Shown: positions 1 through 9,719, counted from the first letter of the stretch. The stretch: DNA of 64,000 nt from Bacteroidota bacterium (GCA_039111535.1 JBCCIM010000003.1:4974-68973), one strand, 5' to 3'. The notes: a model not told the origin generated them from the sequence alone. Made by a program: numbers and translations.

Positions 1-2551
1 CACGCCCCTGTGGTGCGACAATTGCAAATGCCTTGCCGGCCAGTTCCTCCCGGTTTTTAACAGACATATAGCCCGAAGCAAGAACCGAGTCTGATTTGGT
101 ATGGTAATACCCGACCACCTGCGCTTTTGTTGTTGGTTCAAAGCCCTGGTTGCCAAACTTCAGGCTAAACAGGGTCCGCGGCATGCCGTAAGCCAGAGGA
201 TGTGTTGTATCGAGATAACTGCGCAACGCGGAGCCCGGGATGTTATCCAGGTCACGTAAGTCTTTCCTGGCTTCCAAACCTACATACGGATCTTCGAGCG
301 AGCCAGCTTCAAAGGCAGGTTTATCATCTTCTTCTTTCTTCTTCTCTTTCTTATACAGTGATACGTCAGCCATGCCGGCGCCCGACTTACTCAAAAATAT
401 TGCGCTGTTCTCCGTGCCAACGAGCGTACCGCCGGCTTTCACCCACCCACGGAGCGCAGCAACGGTAGAGCTATCCATTTGGCTGGATAAGTTGCCTCGC
501 GCCCCTGGCAAGATCAACACGTCGTACTTTTTAAGTTCAAGGGAAGCCAACTGCGATAACCGGATACGGTTGATGGGCAGATTTGTCCACTCTTCAAACA
601 AAAACCAGAGCTGACCGGCCGTATAGCTGTTAAACGGCGTATCCATCACCAGGCCCACGGTAGGATTTTTCACCGGCAAGCTTTCACGAGAAGCCGGGTT
701 GATACTGCCTTCGGTCCAGCCGGAGTCATAGCCATAAATAGACACGCCGGCTTCACGGGCAATGCGCTGCATGTCTGCAGCCATACTCGAAAGTTTCGTA
801 CGATTTCTGCCGACCAGTACAACCAGGCTGCCGCGCCCGAACTTCTGCTCACCAATTTCCATCGGTTTTTTGATACTCCGCACGGCATAGCCCGCCTTCC
901 AGAGTCCGGCCAACGCAGTGGGTGCGTTACGCTGTGCCCAATCGATGATATACGCATAGCCGGCACCTGCATTTTCCACCATGCCGGTAGTTTGCGGTAC
1001 AGTTGTGATAGGCGAAGCATTTACCTGCACACCGCGCACGCTTGTTACCCAACCGGCTTTCAGGTTATAAGCAATAGGAGCCGACCACGTGGCCATGTCG
1101 TACATGATAGAGTCCTCAATAGCCATCTGCTTTTGCAGCAAGGTATTGACAAAGAGGTGACGGGGCTGGTCTGTGTCAACAACAAAAGTGCCGGCCTCAA
1201 ACGTTCGCCGGGTTGGTTGTTGTGACCAGTAATCATACACAGCCGGCGCGGTAAACTGTTCGTCTACACGAGATACTTCTACACCATGCTCCAATAAAAT
1301 GTGCACCAAATCACGTGCATAACTGTTTTTATCGTCTTCAATGAAGTAGCGTTTCTCAGGCCGCTTGTTGGACTTCGACGGATTCATAGCATCCTGAAAA
1401 TAGCGCATCAACGCTGCTTTGTTGTCGAGCGAAGTCTCCATGCCGGCGACCGACGTGAGGTAGTGATCGTATACCCGCTGGCGTAATGTAAGTATGTAAT
1501 CATCGTTCACTTTAACAGCGCGGCCACCCCGGCTGTGTCCCCCCTGCTCCCGCAACATCCCAATGCCACCCATGAGGGAGGGGTAGGAAGAACCATATCC
1601 CGGGTAGTAAAAATCAAAAGCCTCGTTGGTGAAATACGAAATGCCTTCTTTGTCGAAAGCGGTTGCATCCCCTCTGCCAAATTTGGCCTCCCAATCGAAA
1701 TGTGCCGGCGGCAGATTCAGGTTTCGCGGCGTTGTACCCGGATGGGTGAAGTAGTTGTTGTTAAAACCCTGCTCATGGTAGTCGATATGGACCTGCGGCA
1801 ACCATTCCTGGTAGGCCTTTATTCTGCCTTGCGACTCTGGGTGAATGAGCCACACCCAATCACGGTTGAGGTCAAACCAGTAATGGTTGGTGCGGCCTCC
1901 GGGCCAGGGCTCATTGTGCTCCAGATCGTCTGCACTTGTGTTGAGGTGTTTGCTGTGCATAGACTTATACCAGTATACGTACCGGTCGCGCCCATCTGGA
2001 TTGAGGCAAGGGTCGATGATGACAACCAGATCATCCAGCATTTGCTGCGTTTTTGCGTCTGTACCAGCTGCAAGCCGATAGGCAATCTGCATGGCCGTTT
2101 CCGTGGAGGAAGGCTCATTGCCATGCACGTTGTAGCTCATCCAGTGGATCAGCGGTTGGTTTTCCATCAGTTGAGATGCTTCGCCGTTGGCTAGCTGCTG
2201 GTTGGCTGCTTTTATCTCATCAATTTTTGCATGGTTCTCAGCAGATGTAATCACAGCATAGACCAGCTTCCGCCCTTCATAGCTGCGTCCGTATTCGTGG
2301 AGCGTCACGTTACCAGAAGCGGCAGCGAGGGCTTCAAAATAGTCGAGTGCGTGCGCGTGTAACGTGAAATAGTCTCCCAGTTTATACCCGAGAAAAGAGG
2401 CAGGAGAAGGAATTGCATCCTTGTAGGTAATCTCGGGACTGAAAGTAAAACGTGCCTCGCCGGCATCCTGTGCAATGCTGTTTTGGACAATGCCGTTTTG
2501 GGCAACGATCAAACTGCACAAACTGATTAAAATCACTCGAATGACTTTCAT
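1..2551 (-). CDS. M14 family zinc carboxypeptidase, secreted (3' end runs off the window)
   Basis: Hand translation of the minus strand from the ATG at 2549-2551 gives MKVIRVILISLCSLIVAQNG... (signal peptide) and stays open to position 1. It has no stop in the window, which is why the ORF track omits it. It contains WMSYNVHGNEPSSTE (M14 HxxE zinc site) and HIDYHEQG. The listed + strand ORFs such as 1535..2194 are antisense shadows. Confidence 0.8.
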   Translation of the reverse strand, partial: MKVIRVILISLCSLIVAQNGIVQNSIAQDAGEARFTFSPEITYKDAIPSPASFLGYKLGDYFTLHAHALDYFEALAAASGNVTLHEYGRSYEGRKLVYAVITSAENHAKIDEIKAANQQLANGEASQLMENQPLIHWMSYNVHGNEPSSTETAMQIAYRLAAGTDAKTQQMLDDLVVIIDPCLNPDGRDRYVYWYKSMHSKHLNTSADDLEHNEPWPGGRTNHYWFDLNRDWVWLIHPESQGRIKAYQEWLPQVHIDYHEQGFNNNYFTHPGTTPRNLNLPPAHFDWEAKFGRGDATAFDKEGISYFTNEAFDFYYPGYGSSYPSLMGGIGMLREQGGHSRGGRAVKVNDDYILTLRQRVYDHYLTSVAGMETSLDNKAALMRYFQDAMNPSKSNKRPEKRYFIEDDKNSYARDLVHILLEHGVEVSRVDEQFTAPAVYDYWSQQPTRRTFEAGTFVVDTDQPRHLFVNTLLQKQMAIEDSIMYDMATWSAPIAYNLKAGWVTSVRGVQVNASPITTVPQTTGMVENAGAGYAYIIDWAQRNAPTALAGLWKAGYAVRSIKKPMEIGEQKFGRGSLVVLVGRNRTKLSSMAADMQRIAREAGVSIYGYDSGWTEGSINPASRESLPVKNPTVGLVMDTPFNSYTAGQLWFLFEEWTNLPINRIRLSQLASLELKKYDVLILPGARGNLSSQMDSSTVAALRGWVKAGGTLVGTENSAIFLSKSGAGMADVSLYKKEKKKEEDDKPAFEAGSLEDPYVGLEARKDLRDLDNIPGSALRSYLDTTHPLAYGMPRTLFSLKFGNQGFEPTTKAQVVGYYHTKSDSVLASGYMSVKNREELAGKAFAIVAPQGR

Positions 2552-2820
2552 GGAAGGACTATAGGTATGTGGCGCAACTGAGAAAATGATAGACCAGCAT
2601 GCACAAACTGCAGCAACGACGGACGAAGCAGTTCAATCTGCATGCGCGATCGCTCAAATTTACACAACCCGGTTCCAATTTCAACATTGGGCATTAGTTT
2701 TTCGGCAGTCAGCCAGCATACACCAATGGTCTACCTGCGAATAGGCCGAAATAGTGTACAATTGTATTACACAACTTGTATCTTTCAGCATATTACTTAT
2801 TCATCCCAAGTCCTGATATC

Positions 2821-3762
2821 ATGTACCGTTTGAATACATTTGCCCGCTCAGTTTTTGTTGCGGGTTTTGCGCTCTTCATGCTCGTCGCCGGCTTTGCCCA
2901 ACAAGCCCAGGCCCAAGAGTTGAAAAAAAGGTTGGCTGTCCTCACTTTCGAAGATAAAACAAGCCAGGCCTATGCTTATGGCTTTATGGGAAAAGACGCC
3001 GGTGATGCTTTCTCCGAAATGCTTACCACGGCACTCGTAAAATCTGGCAACTACATCGTCATTGAACGCAATGAGTTGCAGCAACTGCTTCAAGAGCAAG
3101 GGCTTGGTGTATCCGGGATTGTAACGCAGGAATCTGCTGCTCAAATGGGCAAGGTGCTGGGTGCAGAGCTCGTTATTATCGGTGCTGTTTCGGAATTTGG
3201 AAACTCCAAAGGTACGACCGGCGGCAGCACAAGACGGATTGGCGTCGGCATCGACAATTCAAAAGCGACGGTTGCCGTAGACGTACGGATTGTTGACCCA
3301 AGCACCAGTGAAATCATTGCAGCGGAAAACATCCGGAAAAGCAAAAGCAAAAAAGGCTTGAGCGTACGGGTAAAAGACATCAAAGTAGGGAGCCGCAATG
3401 AGTTTGATGAATCGATTGTGGGCAAAGCTGCGCGTGAGGCAGTGGACGGCGTTGTAGATCTGCTTGTTGATAACGCAGACAAAGTACGCTGGCAGGCCAA
3501 AGTGGTTACGATGAACGGTGGGCAGGTATTTATCAATGCCGGCTCGAAAAACGGCGTCAAAAAAGGCATGCAGTTCAAGGTATTCCGTGCCGGTGAAGCG
3601 CTTATTGATCCTGACACGGGCCTGAACCTTGGCTCTGTTGAGTCTACCGTTGGCGTAATTGAAGTGAATGACAATGAACTTGGCGAAGGCAAAGCAGCCC
3701 GCTGTACAGTCATTGAAGGCAGCGGTTTTGAACGCGGCGACATTGTGCGTGTCGACGGCTAG
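2821..3762 (+). CDS. CsgG/HfaB family periplasmic/outer-membrane protein
   Basis: The internal ATG at 2821 gives the signal peptide MYRLNTFARSVFVAGFALFMLVAGFAQQAQA. LAVLTFEDKT...GNYIVIERNELQQLLQEQ...MGKVLGAELVIIGAVSEFG matches the CsgG-family core as I recall it. The ORF-track start at 2776 adds a non-signal extension. Confidence 0.7.
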   Translation: MYRLNTFARSVFVAGFALFMLVAGFAQQAQAQELKKRLAVLTFEDKTSQAYAYGFMGKDAGDAFSEMLTTALVKSGNYIVIERNELQQLLQEQGLGVSGIVTQESAAQMGKVLGAELVIIGAVSEFGNSKGTTGGSTRRIGVGIDNSKATVAVDVRIVDPSTSEIIAAENIRKSKSKKGLSVRVKDIKVGSRNEFDESIVGKAAREAVDGVVDLLVDNADKVRWQAKVVTMNGGQVFINAGSKNGVKKGMQFKVFRAGEALIDPDTGLNLGSVESTVGVIEVNDNELGEGKAARCTVIEGSGFERGDIVRVDG

Positions 3763-3780
3763 CCACCTGCTTACCTTACG

Positions 3781-4377
3781 TTATTCAACCCTCACAGCCG
3801 GATCTTCCCCCAGCGCTGTGAGGGTTTTTTCGTAGGCTTGCAGGAGCATTCGTTCATTTTCAACAAATACAAAAGAGATCCACTGCAATACGGCAAGTTG
3901 TGCGTCTTCTTTGTCGGCGCCATAGTTATTAATGCTGAAAGAGGATGACATCATATTTTCAGTCAGCTTATTGTAGGCTTCCTGAAAGGTGTACACTTCA
4001 GCAAGTGCAGTAGCCTGTTTGTATTCCATGTGAATCATGGCCCCCGTTTCTGATGCGGTTCGCCAGGCTGTGCCACGCAAGATGATTGGTAAAAAGGTCA
4101 GTGAATCTGTTGACATCTGCGCCACGTCGCCCCCCTGCCGGCTGTAGTTCCGCACCCGTTCGTGGGAGGGCAACATTTGTTCGATCAGGTGCTTGTTGCG
4201 GTTTATTTCATCGACCATACCTGCTAACGCAGTAGCTGCCAGCGCCTTGTTTTTTCTTACCTCACGCCACTCACTAACGCCAAATGCCAGAAACACAGCA
4301 AGGAAAATGGAGAGCACCTCAAAAACAATCAGGCGGAAAGACGAAGATGAAGCAGTTGTAGTTTTCAAAACATGCAA
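3781..4377 (-). CDS. Hypothetical membrane-anchored protein (single N-terminal TM helix)
   Basis: 198-aa ORF with one hydrophobic helix (RLIVFEVLSIFLAVFLAFGVSEW) followed by a soluble helical region. No family recognised with certainty. Confidence 0.5.
   Translation of the reverse strand: MHVLKTTTASSSSFRLIVFEVLSIFLAVFLAFGVSEWREVRKNKALAATALAGMVDEINRNKHLIEQMLPSHERVRNYSRQGGDVAQMSTDSLTFLPIILRGTAWRTASETGAMIHMEYKQATALAEVYTFQEAYNKLTENMMSSSFSINNYGADKEDAQLAVLQWISFVFVENERMLLQAYEKTLTALGEDPAVRVE
3789..3830 (+). terminator. Rho-independent terminator of the CsgG-like gene, embedded in the 3' coding end of the convergent gene
   Basis: CCCTCACAGC (3789-3798) pairs with GCTGTGAGGG (3815-3824) and is followed by TTTTTT (3825-3830). 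Confidence 0.6.
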
Positions 4378-4460
4378 CCAAAAGAGACGGGTTTCGGCAA
4401 TATCCTGCGACGGATGCGATCAGAATATACTGGTAAGCATGTTATTTAGCGAGTTGCAAA

Positions 4461-5189
4461 TCAGCCTTCGCGGCTGAGTACCCTGGCCATATCATCAAGG
4501 ACGCCGGCAGCCCGGGGATGGGCACTGCTCAAGAGCAATTCCAGGGTTGAGTGCAATCCACCATATACCGAGATTTTAGCCTCCGGATCTGCGCCGGCAT
4601 CCAACAGGTATTGCAAGACGCTTGCTGCGTTGGCCGGCACCACCTGGCGCCACGTTTCTACCCCGTTGGCAGCCATATAGATGAGCAAGGTTGCGCCGTG
4701 TCCAAATTGAGAGCGCTGGGTGGCCAGCGCGGGTTTTGCCCGTATCAGCTCGTCCAGTTTCTTAAGGTTGCCACTAAGCGCTGCATCTACAGCGGCTTCA
4801 AATTGCGCATCGAGTTTTGTATTCCCGTTTGCTTCTGCGGCACGCCACGATTCGAATCCGTGTTCTCGCGCTACGGCAAGGCGCATATGGTGGATGGTAA
4901 GATCTTGCCGAAAAATGCCCGCAGCATCAAGACCAATACATTCGGGCAACCAGTTGCTGAGTTGCACACATACGGCTTCATCTTTCAGTTTAAAATGTGA
5001 AAGCAGCACCCTGGCCTGGTGTTCGAGCACACCGATCACACGCAAATTTCCGGGGTATACGGATAGCAAAGCAGCGTGAAGCGCTACGGTCTCCTTGATC
5101 ACTTGATGGCAATAAACATCCGGCACCCCGGCTGCATCCTGCTCAATAGCTTTCAGTGCCGGCGTACCCCTACTTTTGCTAACAGCCAT
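4461..5189 (-). CDS. Hypothetical protein with a C-terminal ankyrin-like repeat
   Basis: 242-aa ORF. GATLLIYMAANG....VLQYLLDAGADPEAK...GGLHSTLELLL resembles the ankyrin repeat consensus. The N-terminal part is unassigned. Confidence 0.45.
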   Translation of the reverse strand: MAVSKSRGTPALKAIEQDAAGVPDVYCHQVIKETVALHAALLSVYPGNLRVIGVLEHQARVLLSHFKLKDEAVCVQLSNWLPECIGLDAAGIFRQDLTIHHMRLAVAREHGFESWRAAEANGNTKLDAQFEAAVDAALSGNLKKLDELIRAKPALATQRSQFGHGATLLIYMAANGVETWRQVVPANAASVLQYLLDAGADPEAKISVYGGLHSTLELLLSSAHPRAAGVLDDMARVLSREG

Positions 5190-5455
5190 TACATACTCTC
5201 AGCTTTGCTGTGTTGCGGGGATTGTATGATGACGTCATTTTGCAAGCTTATTGTCCACATGCTCCAGGAAGAACTTGCAATTGCAAGCGAAGTTTTCTGC
5301 GCCGCCATCTTTGTACATACTGCCAGAAATAACATTTGTCTGAAACAGCCGCATAAAAGATAGCGACGTACTAAACAGCGTTCAAAACAAAAGCGTACAA
5401 AAAGGCCTCATAGGGTATTTCACCTACGAGGCCTCCCGGGTTAATTTCTGCTTGT

Positions 5456-8173
5456 TTAACGGCGATACCAGTCAAACTGCATAAAAAACTCGTGCAAGGC
5501 GTCTGCTACCTTTTTCGCTCCATTTGCAGATGGATGCTGATTGACGCCGCCATCCTGGAAGTCTGAAAGGTCCCAGAAAATGCCACTGGCATTTGGCGTA
5601 GTACCGTTCGCCCAGATGTAAGGGCCCCAACCAATCCACGGCGGAGCGTTCGAGATCTGTCCTTGCTGGAACTGCTCTATGACCGTATTTGTCGCGAAAC
5701 CGCCTTCGTATGAGATAGGCTCGCCACGTGCAGCCTGCTTGTTATCACTCACGTAGCCTCCCCAAATGCGGCTGGAGTTGAAGACTGCCTGCACGGAAGG
5801 GAATTCAGCGTGAATCCGCTGCATCAAGCTACCGATGTTGTTCACCAGGTCATAATAGTCAGCATTCGGATCCGGCAACGTCAGCCCATGCTCGGTGAAC
5901 TGGTCAGCGTTTTTGGCCCAAATAACTTTCACCTGATCGAGTGAATGCTTGTTGGTCACTTTGTCTTTACACTTGGACCATAAGTCGTTGTTGGTTTCGA
6001 TCCAACGCTCAATGGCGCTGCCCCCTACCGCACAGTTGACCAGTTCGATCTGATCTGCCATGTCCGGATGGTTTTCATACAACTCGATAAAGCGGTTGTA
6101 CTCCTGGAAACCATTGCTCATGGAAATTGCGACGATCACAATTTTGCCATTTGTGGCCGTTACTGTTGGCGTGCCATTGTCTACCAATCCGCCATGGAGG
6201 CCATAGTAAGAATCAGACGGACTCATCAGGTCAAGGGCAATCATTTCATTACTTGAACCACCTTCGCCCGTGGTAAAGCTGAACACAGCTGACCAATCGC
6301 TAGAACCGCCGGCATCGTTTGCGCGCACGCGCCAGAAATGCTCGGTGTTTGCAACAAGCCCCGTCACCACTTCAGACGTGCCGGCAACTTCTCCCTTTTC
6401 ATGTACAATTACAGAGAAGTCGCTCACCGTGGTAACTTGCAACGTATAGTTCGAAGCACCCGCTACCGCGTCCCAGCTAAAGCCGGATGAAGAGGGCGAA
6501 ATACCGGTTGCACCGTCAGATGGCGCCAGCAATGTTGGCGGCGTAAGCGAGGAAGTCTCGCCGGCCGTTGTAAAGCTGTAAGGAATGGACCATTCGCTAA
6601 GTCCACCCGGGCCACTTGCCTGGATACGCCAGAAATAAGTCTGGTTGCCTGCCAACTCGAATACAGCCGCTGCATTGGTACTGATGCCGCCAGACTCCTG
6701 TGCAATCAACGAGAAATCTGATACAGTGGACAACTGCATGTTGTAGGTAGACGCGCCGGCTGCATTCTGCCATGAAAGCAGAAGGTTCGACGTTACCTGA
6801 TCAACTGCACCATCCATTGGCGCAGAAAGTACGGGTGTATCGGGAATTGACCCAACTTGCTCGGTTGAGAACGAGTAGGCATTTGACCAATCGCCTGTGC
6901 CCCCTTCCCCATTGGCTTGCACGCGCCAGAAATAGGTGGTGCCGCCGGCCAGATCAGGTGTTGTAGTCGTGGTTGCCGGTAATGCTGCAGCATCCAGAAT
7001 CAGCCCTGTGAAGTCGCTACTGGTTGCAACCTGCACATTGTAGTTCAATGCATTCGAGGCTGTAGACCAGACAAGCTGCGCTGTTGGTAGCACAACGTTG
7101 TTTGTACCGTTGGCCGGACTTTCAGGGGCCGGTATGCCCGGTAGTGGCACACCGTTATCAACGGTTGTAAAACGATAGGCCAGCGACCATTCACTGGTGC
7201 CATCTGCACCGGTTGAGCGGACGCGCCAGAAATAGGTTGTCGCTGGATCGAGGCCGGTAATGGAAGCAGTTGTGCCGCTGAGGTTTTCCTGCTGGAAATC
7301 TACACTTGTAAATTCAGAGCTTTGAGAAACCTGCACGGCGTAATAGTCCGCAAGATCGTCACCCAGCCATGCAACAGATACGCCGGCTTCGAGGATGCCT
7401 ACAGCGCCGTTGGCCGGCGAAAGCAAAAGGGGCGCAGAAGGCACGCCTGGCAACAGCTGCTCCATCTGTAGCGTTATTTCGGTGCCATTAGAGATATCCT
7501 GCGTTGTACGAGCGGACAGGTAGCCCTGACGCACCGCATCAAACGTGACTATCATATCCTGTGGTTGTGATGCGCTCGCACGCACCTCAGGGAATTCCGG
7601 TACAATTTCATAGCCGGCATCAAGGGTTGCATGCACACCACCGCCGGTGCTGCCAATAGCCTTGACAACTTTACCAGAAACCACACCGCCTGCTGACTGG
7701 ATGCGGTACACATAGAGTCCGGGTACAAGCCCGCCCATATCTACATTGAACCGATGGTAGCCGGCTGTGACCTGTGCGTCGAAGGCAGAAAGAACTTCCC
7801 GTCCTGTAATATCATAAAGAGAAAGTGTCACCTGCTGGCTCAAGTCAGCAGAGAACGGAATTGAGACGGCCTGCTGAACTGGGTTAGGATAAGGCGCGGC
7901 AACCTGGAATCCGCGCGTTGGCAATTCGTCTTCAGTGCTGGTAGAAGTCGGCGGTTCAATTTGGATGTACACACACCCGTCAGATGAGGTCGTACCAGCG
8001 ACGGGCTGCTGATCAGCAATCTGGGCGACAATGGTTGTGCCCTGCAACGGTATGTTGCCACTGGCGTCGCGGGTACAAACGCGTGCCTGAACGGTGTCTT
8101 GTGCTAAGAGGGGTTGGCTGGTAAAGCAGAGTGTGAGCAGCAGAAAGCTGCTAAACATATATCGCGTGTTCAT
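5456..8173 (-). CDS. Secreted multidomain protein: small N-terminal domain, internal T9SS CTD-like domain, four Fn3-like repeats, C-terminal SGNH/GDSL-like esterase domain
   Basis: The start is set at the internal ATG at 8173, which gives the signal peptide MNTRYMFSSFLLLTLCFTSQPLLAQ. The ORF-track start at 8407 adds 78 non-signal residues. There are four ~95-aa repeats, each ending ..TYFWRV(R/Q)..G...WS..F.FTT. The C-terminal domain has IVAISMSNG, AVGGSA and GVNQHPSANG blocks (SGNH-like). Confidence 0.75.
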   Translation of the reverse strand: MNTRYMFSSFLLLTLCFTSQPLLAQDTVQARVCTRDASGNIPLQGTTIVAQIADQQPVAGTTSSDGCVYIQIEPPTSTSTEDELPTRGFQVAAPYPNPVQQAVSIPFSADLSQQVTLSLYDITGREVLSAFDAQVTAGYHRFNVDMGGLVPGLYVYRIQSAGGVVSGKVVKAIGSTGGGVHATLDAGYEIVPEFPEVRASASQPQDMIVTFDAVRQGYLSARTTQDISNGTEITLQMEQLLPGVPSAPLLLSPANGAVGILEAGVSVAWLGDDLADYYAVQVSQSSEFTSVDFQQENLSGTTASITGLDPATTYFWRVRSTGADGTSEWSLAYRFTTVDNGVPLPGIPAPESPANGTNNVVLPTAQLVWSTASNALNYNVQVATSSDFTGLILDAAALPATTTTTPDLAGGTTYFWRVQANGEGGTGDWSNAYSFSTEQVGSIPDTPVLSAPMDGAVDQVTSNLLLSWQNAAGASTYNMQLSTVSDFSLIAQESGGISTNAAAVFELAGNQTYFWRIQASGPGGLSEWSIPYSFTTAGETSSLTPPTLLAPSDGATGISPSSSGFSWDAVAGASNYTLQVTTVSDFSVIVHEKGEVAGTSEVVTGLVANTEHFWRVRANDAGGSSDWSAVFSFTTGEGGSSNEMIALDLMSPSDSYYGLHGGLVDNGTPTVTATNGKIVIVAISMSNGFQEYNRFIELYENHPDMADQIELVNCAVGGSAIERWIETNNDLWSKCKDKVTNKHSLDQVKVIWAKNADQFTEHGLTLPDPNADYYDLVNNIGSLMQRIHAEFPSVQAVFNSSRIWGGYVSDNKQAARGEPISYEGGFATNTVIEQFQQGQISNAPPWIGWGPYIWANGTTPNASGIFWDLSDFQDGGVNQHPSANGAKKVADALHEFFMQFDWYRR

Positions 8174-8768
8174 AGAACGGAAGAAAGTGCAGAAAAACGA
8201 GGAGGGGGCGACAAATCGCCTCCCAGACCTGCGAACATGAGCGGTCTGGCGATCCATAATCTGAATGAGATGGGTTATTGATACTGGGGAATGGGAGGCA
8301 TTTGGTCCGTTTACAAGAAGTATGCCATGCAGCATGAATTGCGTTGAAATAAGCAAGCGGATGCATGAACATAAAAAACAGCAGAGCGGGCCAGATTCAA
8401 GTCTCATTTTTGGAACGAGGCCGGCCGCAGGTATGCAACTCCTTAAAATTGCAGTTTCACAACCGGGCCACCTGAATTGGTTGTCCTTATACTATACACC
8501 TGCCCCTCCATCAACCCCTATCCTGACTGATTTTCACCTGAAAAGGCTGCAAAAATGCCTTAAAACAGCCGGCGCATACCAGCTGTTTTGTAGTCAAATT
8601 CCTCTACAGTGCTTTGTGCTTTATAAACGCGAGCAACGCGCCACACCCCATAGATATACCCAACAATAAGCCTTTGATTATTTCAACAGACCTCAATCCC
8701 CCACTTCCGCTACAGCGGGCCAGACACCTCCTGGAGCGTCACTTCTACAATCAAACATATCGAGATCC

Positions 8769-9509
8769 ATGAACCGAACAGTTGATTTCTATTTCACCCA
8801 GCGCCTGATCGACCTGATGATCAAGGTAGCAGGTGTTGTACTCACCTCTGTAGCAACGTACCAGGTCGCAAATAGCACGTTTGCGCACATTGAAGGCCCC
8901 TGGCAGGTTGCAGTAACCCTGGGTGCGCTTCTTTTGGTGGAAGGCGCTTTTGTGCTGACCTGGTTCGCGCTGGATACACAGCGTAACGCCCCGATGGCGA
9001 TGAAAGTATCCTGGTCGATTACCCTTGTTACCATTTATGTTGCCCTCCTTGTGATTGGCATCATCAACGGCGAAGGCAGCGCCGGCTGGGCTTTTCGCCT
9101 TGTGCTCGGCATCATGATTGGCAAAAGCGTCTACGAAGCTGGCGTATATGAAGTACTCAAAAACAGCCGTAAATCAGATAAGGACATTATGAACGCCTAC
9201 AGCGTTCGCAAACTTAAACTCAAAGTAGAACGACAAAAAGCGATTCATGCAATGATTGACGCCAACACGGAAGCAGCATACCGCCGCGAGTTAAATGACC
9301 AGGTAGACCGCGCCCGACTAGAAGCTGAACATGAAGCAGCGCTATTGAATGTAGAAATTCACCGTACAAACCTGTTGCAGCGCATCCGCGCAAAAGACAG
9401 CCTTGCCCGAGGCCAGCTCCTGGCTAGTCTTGCCCGTAACGAAGAAGGCCAATCACAGGCCCAGGCGCTCAGAGAAATGACACGCATGCAAATAGAAATG
9501 CGAAACTAG
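8769..9509 (+). CDS. Hypothetical integral membrane protein with a C-terminal coiled coil
   Basis: 246-aa ORF with about four hydrophobic helices in the first 130 aa, then a charged heptad-like region (RRELNDQVDRARLEAEHEAALLNVEIHR...). Confidence 0.55.
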   Translation: MNRTVDFYFTQRLIDLMIKVAGVVLTSVATYQVANSTFAHIEGPWQVAVTLGALLLVEGAFVLTWFALDTQRNAPMAMKVSWSITLVTIYVALLVIGIINGEGSAGWAFRLVLGIMIGKSVYEAGVYEVLKNSRKSDKDIMNAYSVRKLKLKVERQKAIHAMIDANTEAAYRRELNDQVDRARLEAEHEAALLNVEIHRTNLLQRIRAKDSLARGQLLASLARNEEGQSQAQALREMTRMQIEMRN

Positions 9510-9719
9510 ACTGAATCTGGAAAGAACGTGCAATACAGCGTCTACGTACAACCTCAGATGTAAAGGCCCTGTTTTGCACGTCATTCCCCCACACTCCAAA
9601 CGCCTCACTCATGCGCATTAAAGCTTGCGTTTAATGCCGAGTGCTGAATGTCGATTGACGATTGATGTGCCACAGCAGTATTCAACAGAAACACGGAAAC
9701 ACAAAGAACCGCAGATCAC

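Noticed and set aside
1535-2194. 219-aa + strand ORF and neighbouring + strand ORFs (992..1225, 1301..1486, 1887..2081, 2053..2250) as genes
   Set aside because: They lie antisense to a continuous, motif-bearing M14 carboxypeptidase reading frame (1..2551, minus strand). Their sequences are low-complexity and have no motifs.
3141-3743. Long antisense ORFs opposite well-supported genes (also 17470..18075, 28817..29467, 53669..54232, 53785..54252, 54571..55104, 55773..56147, 56154..56528 and 39786..40286)
   Set aside because: These are shadow ORFs typical of this GC content. Each overlaps a gene with clear family motifs on the other strand, and their translations are Ser/Arg/Pro-rich with no recognisable domains.
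4840-4865. tRNA-like T-loop string (GATTCGAATCC); also CGATTCGAGTG near 9950
   Set aside because: No flanking T-stem, acceptor or anticodon arms can be drawn. The first lies inside a coding region, and the second is flanked by direct rather than inverted repeats.
8174-8407. N-terminal extensions given by the ORF track (5456..8407; likewise 24272, 11102, 17007, 28467, 31473, 42308, 55555 and 60031)
   Set aside because: In each case an internal ATG yields a canonical signal peptide or the known family N-terminus (for example MRWKSGRRSSNVEDRR for YpfJ and [15 protein letters not shown] for GAPDH). The extension has no such features.
8265-8669. 134-aa + strand ORF in the 595-bp divergent region between 8173 and 8769
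   Set aside because: It partly overlaps the rejected N-terminal extension of the 5456 gene. Its composition is unremarkable with no motifs, and the region is more plausibly promoter sequence.
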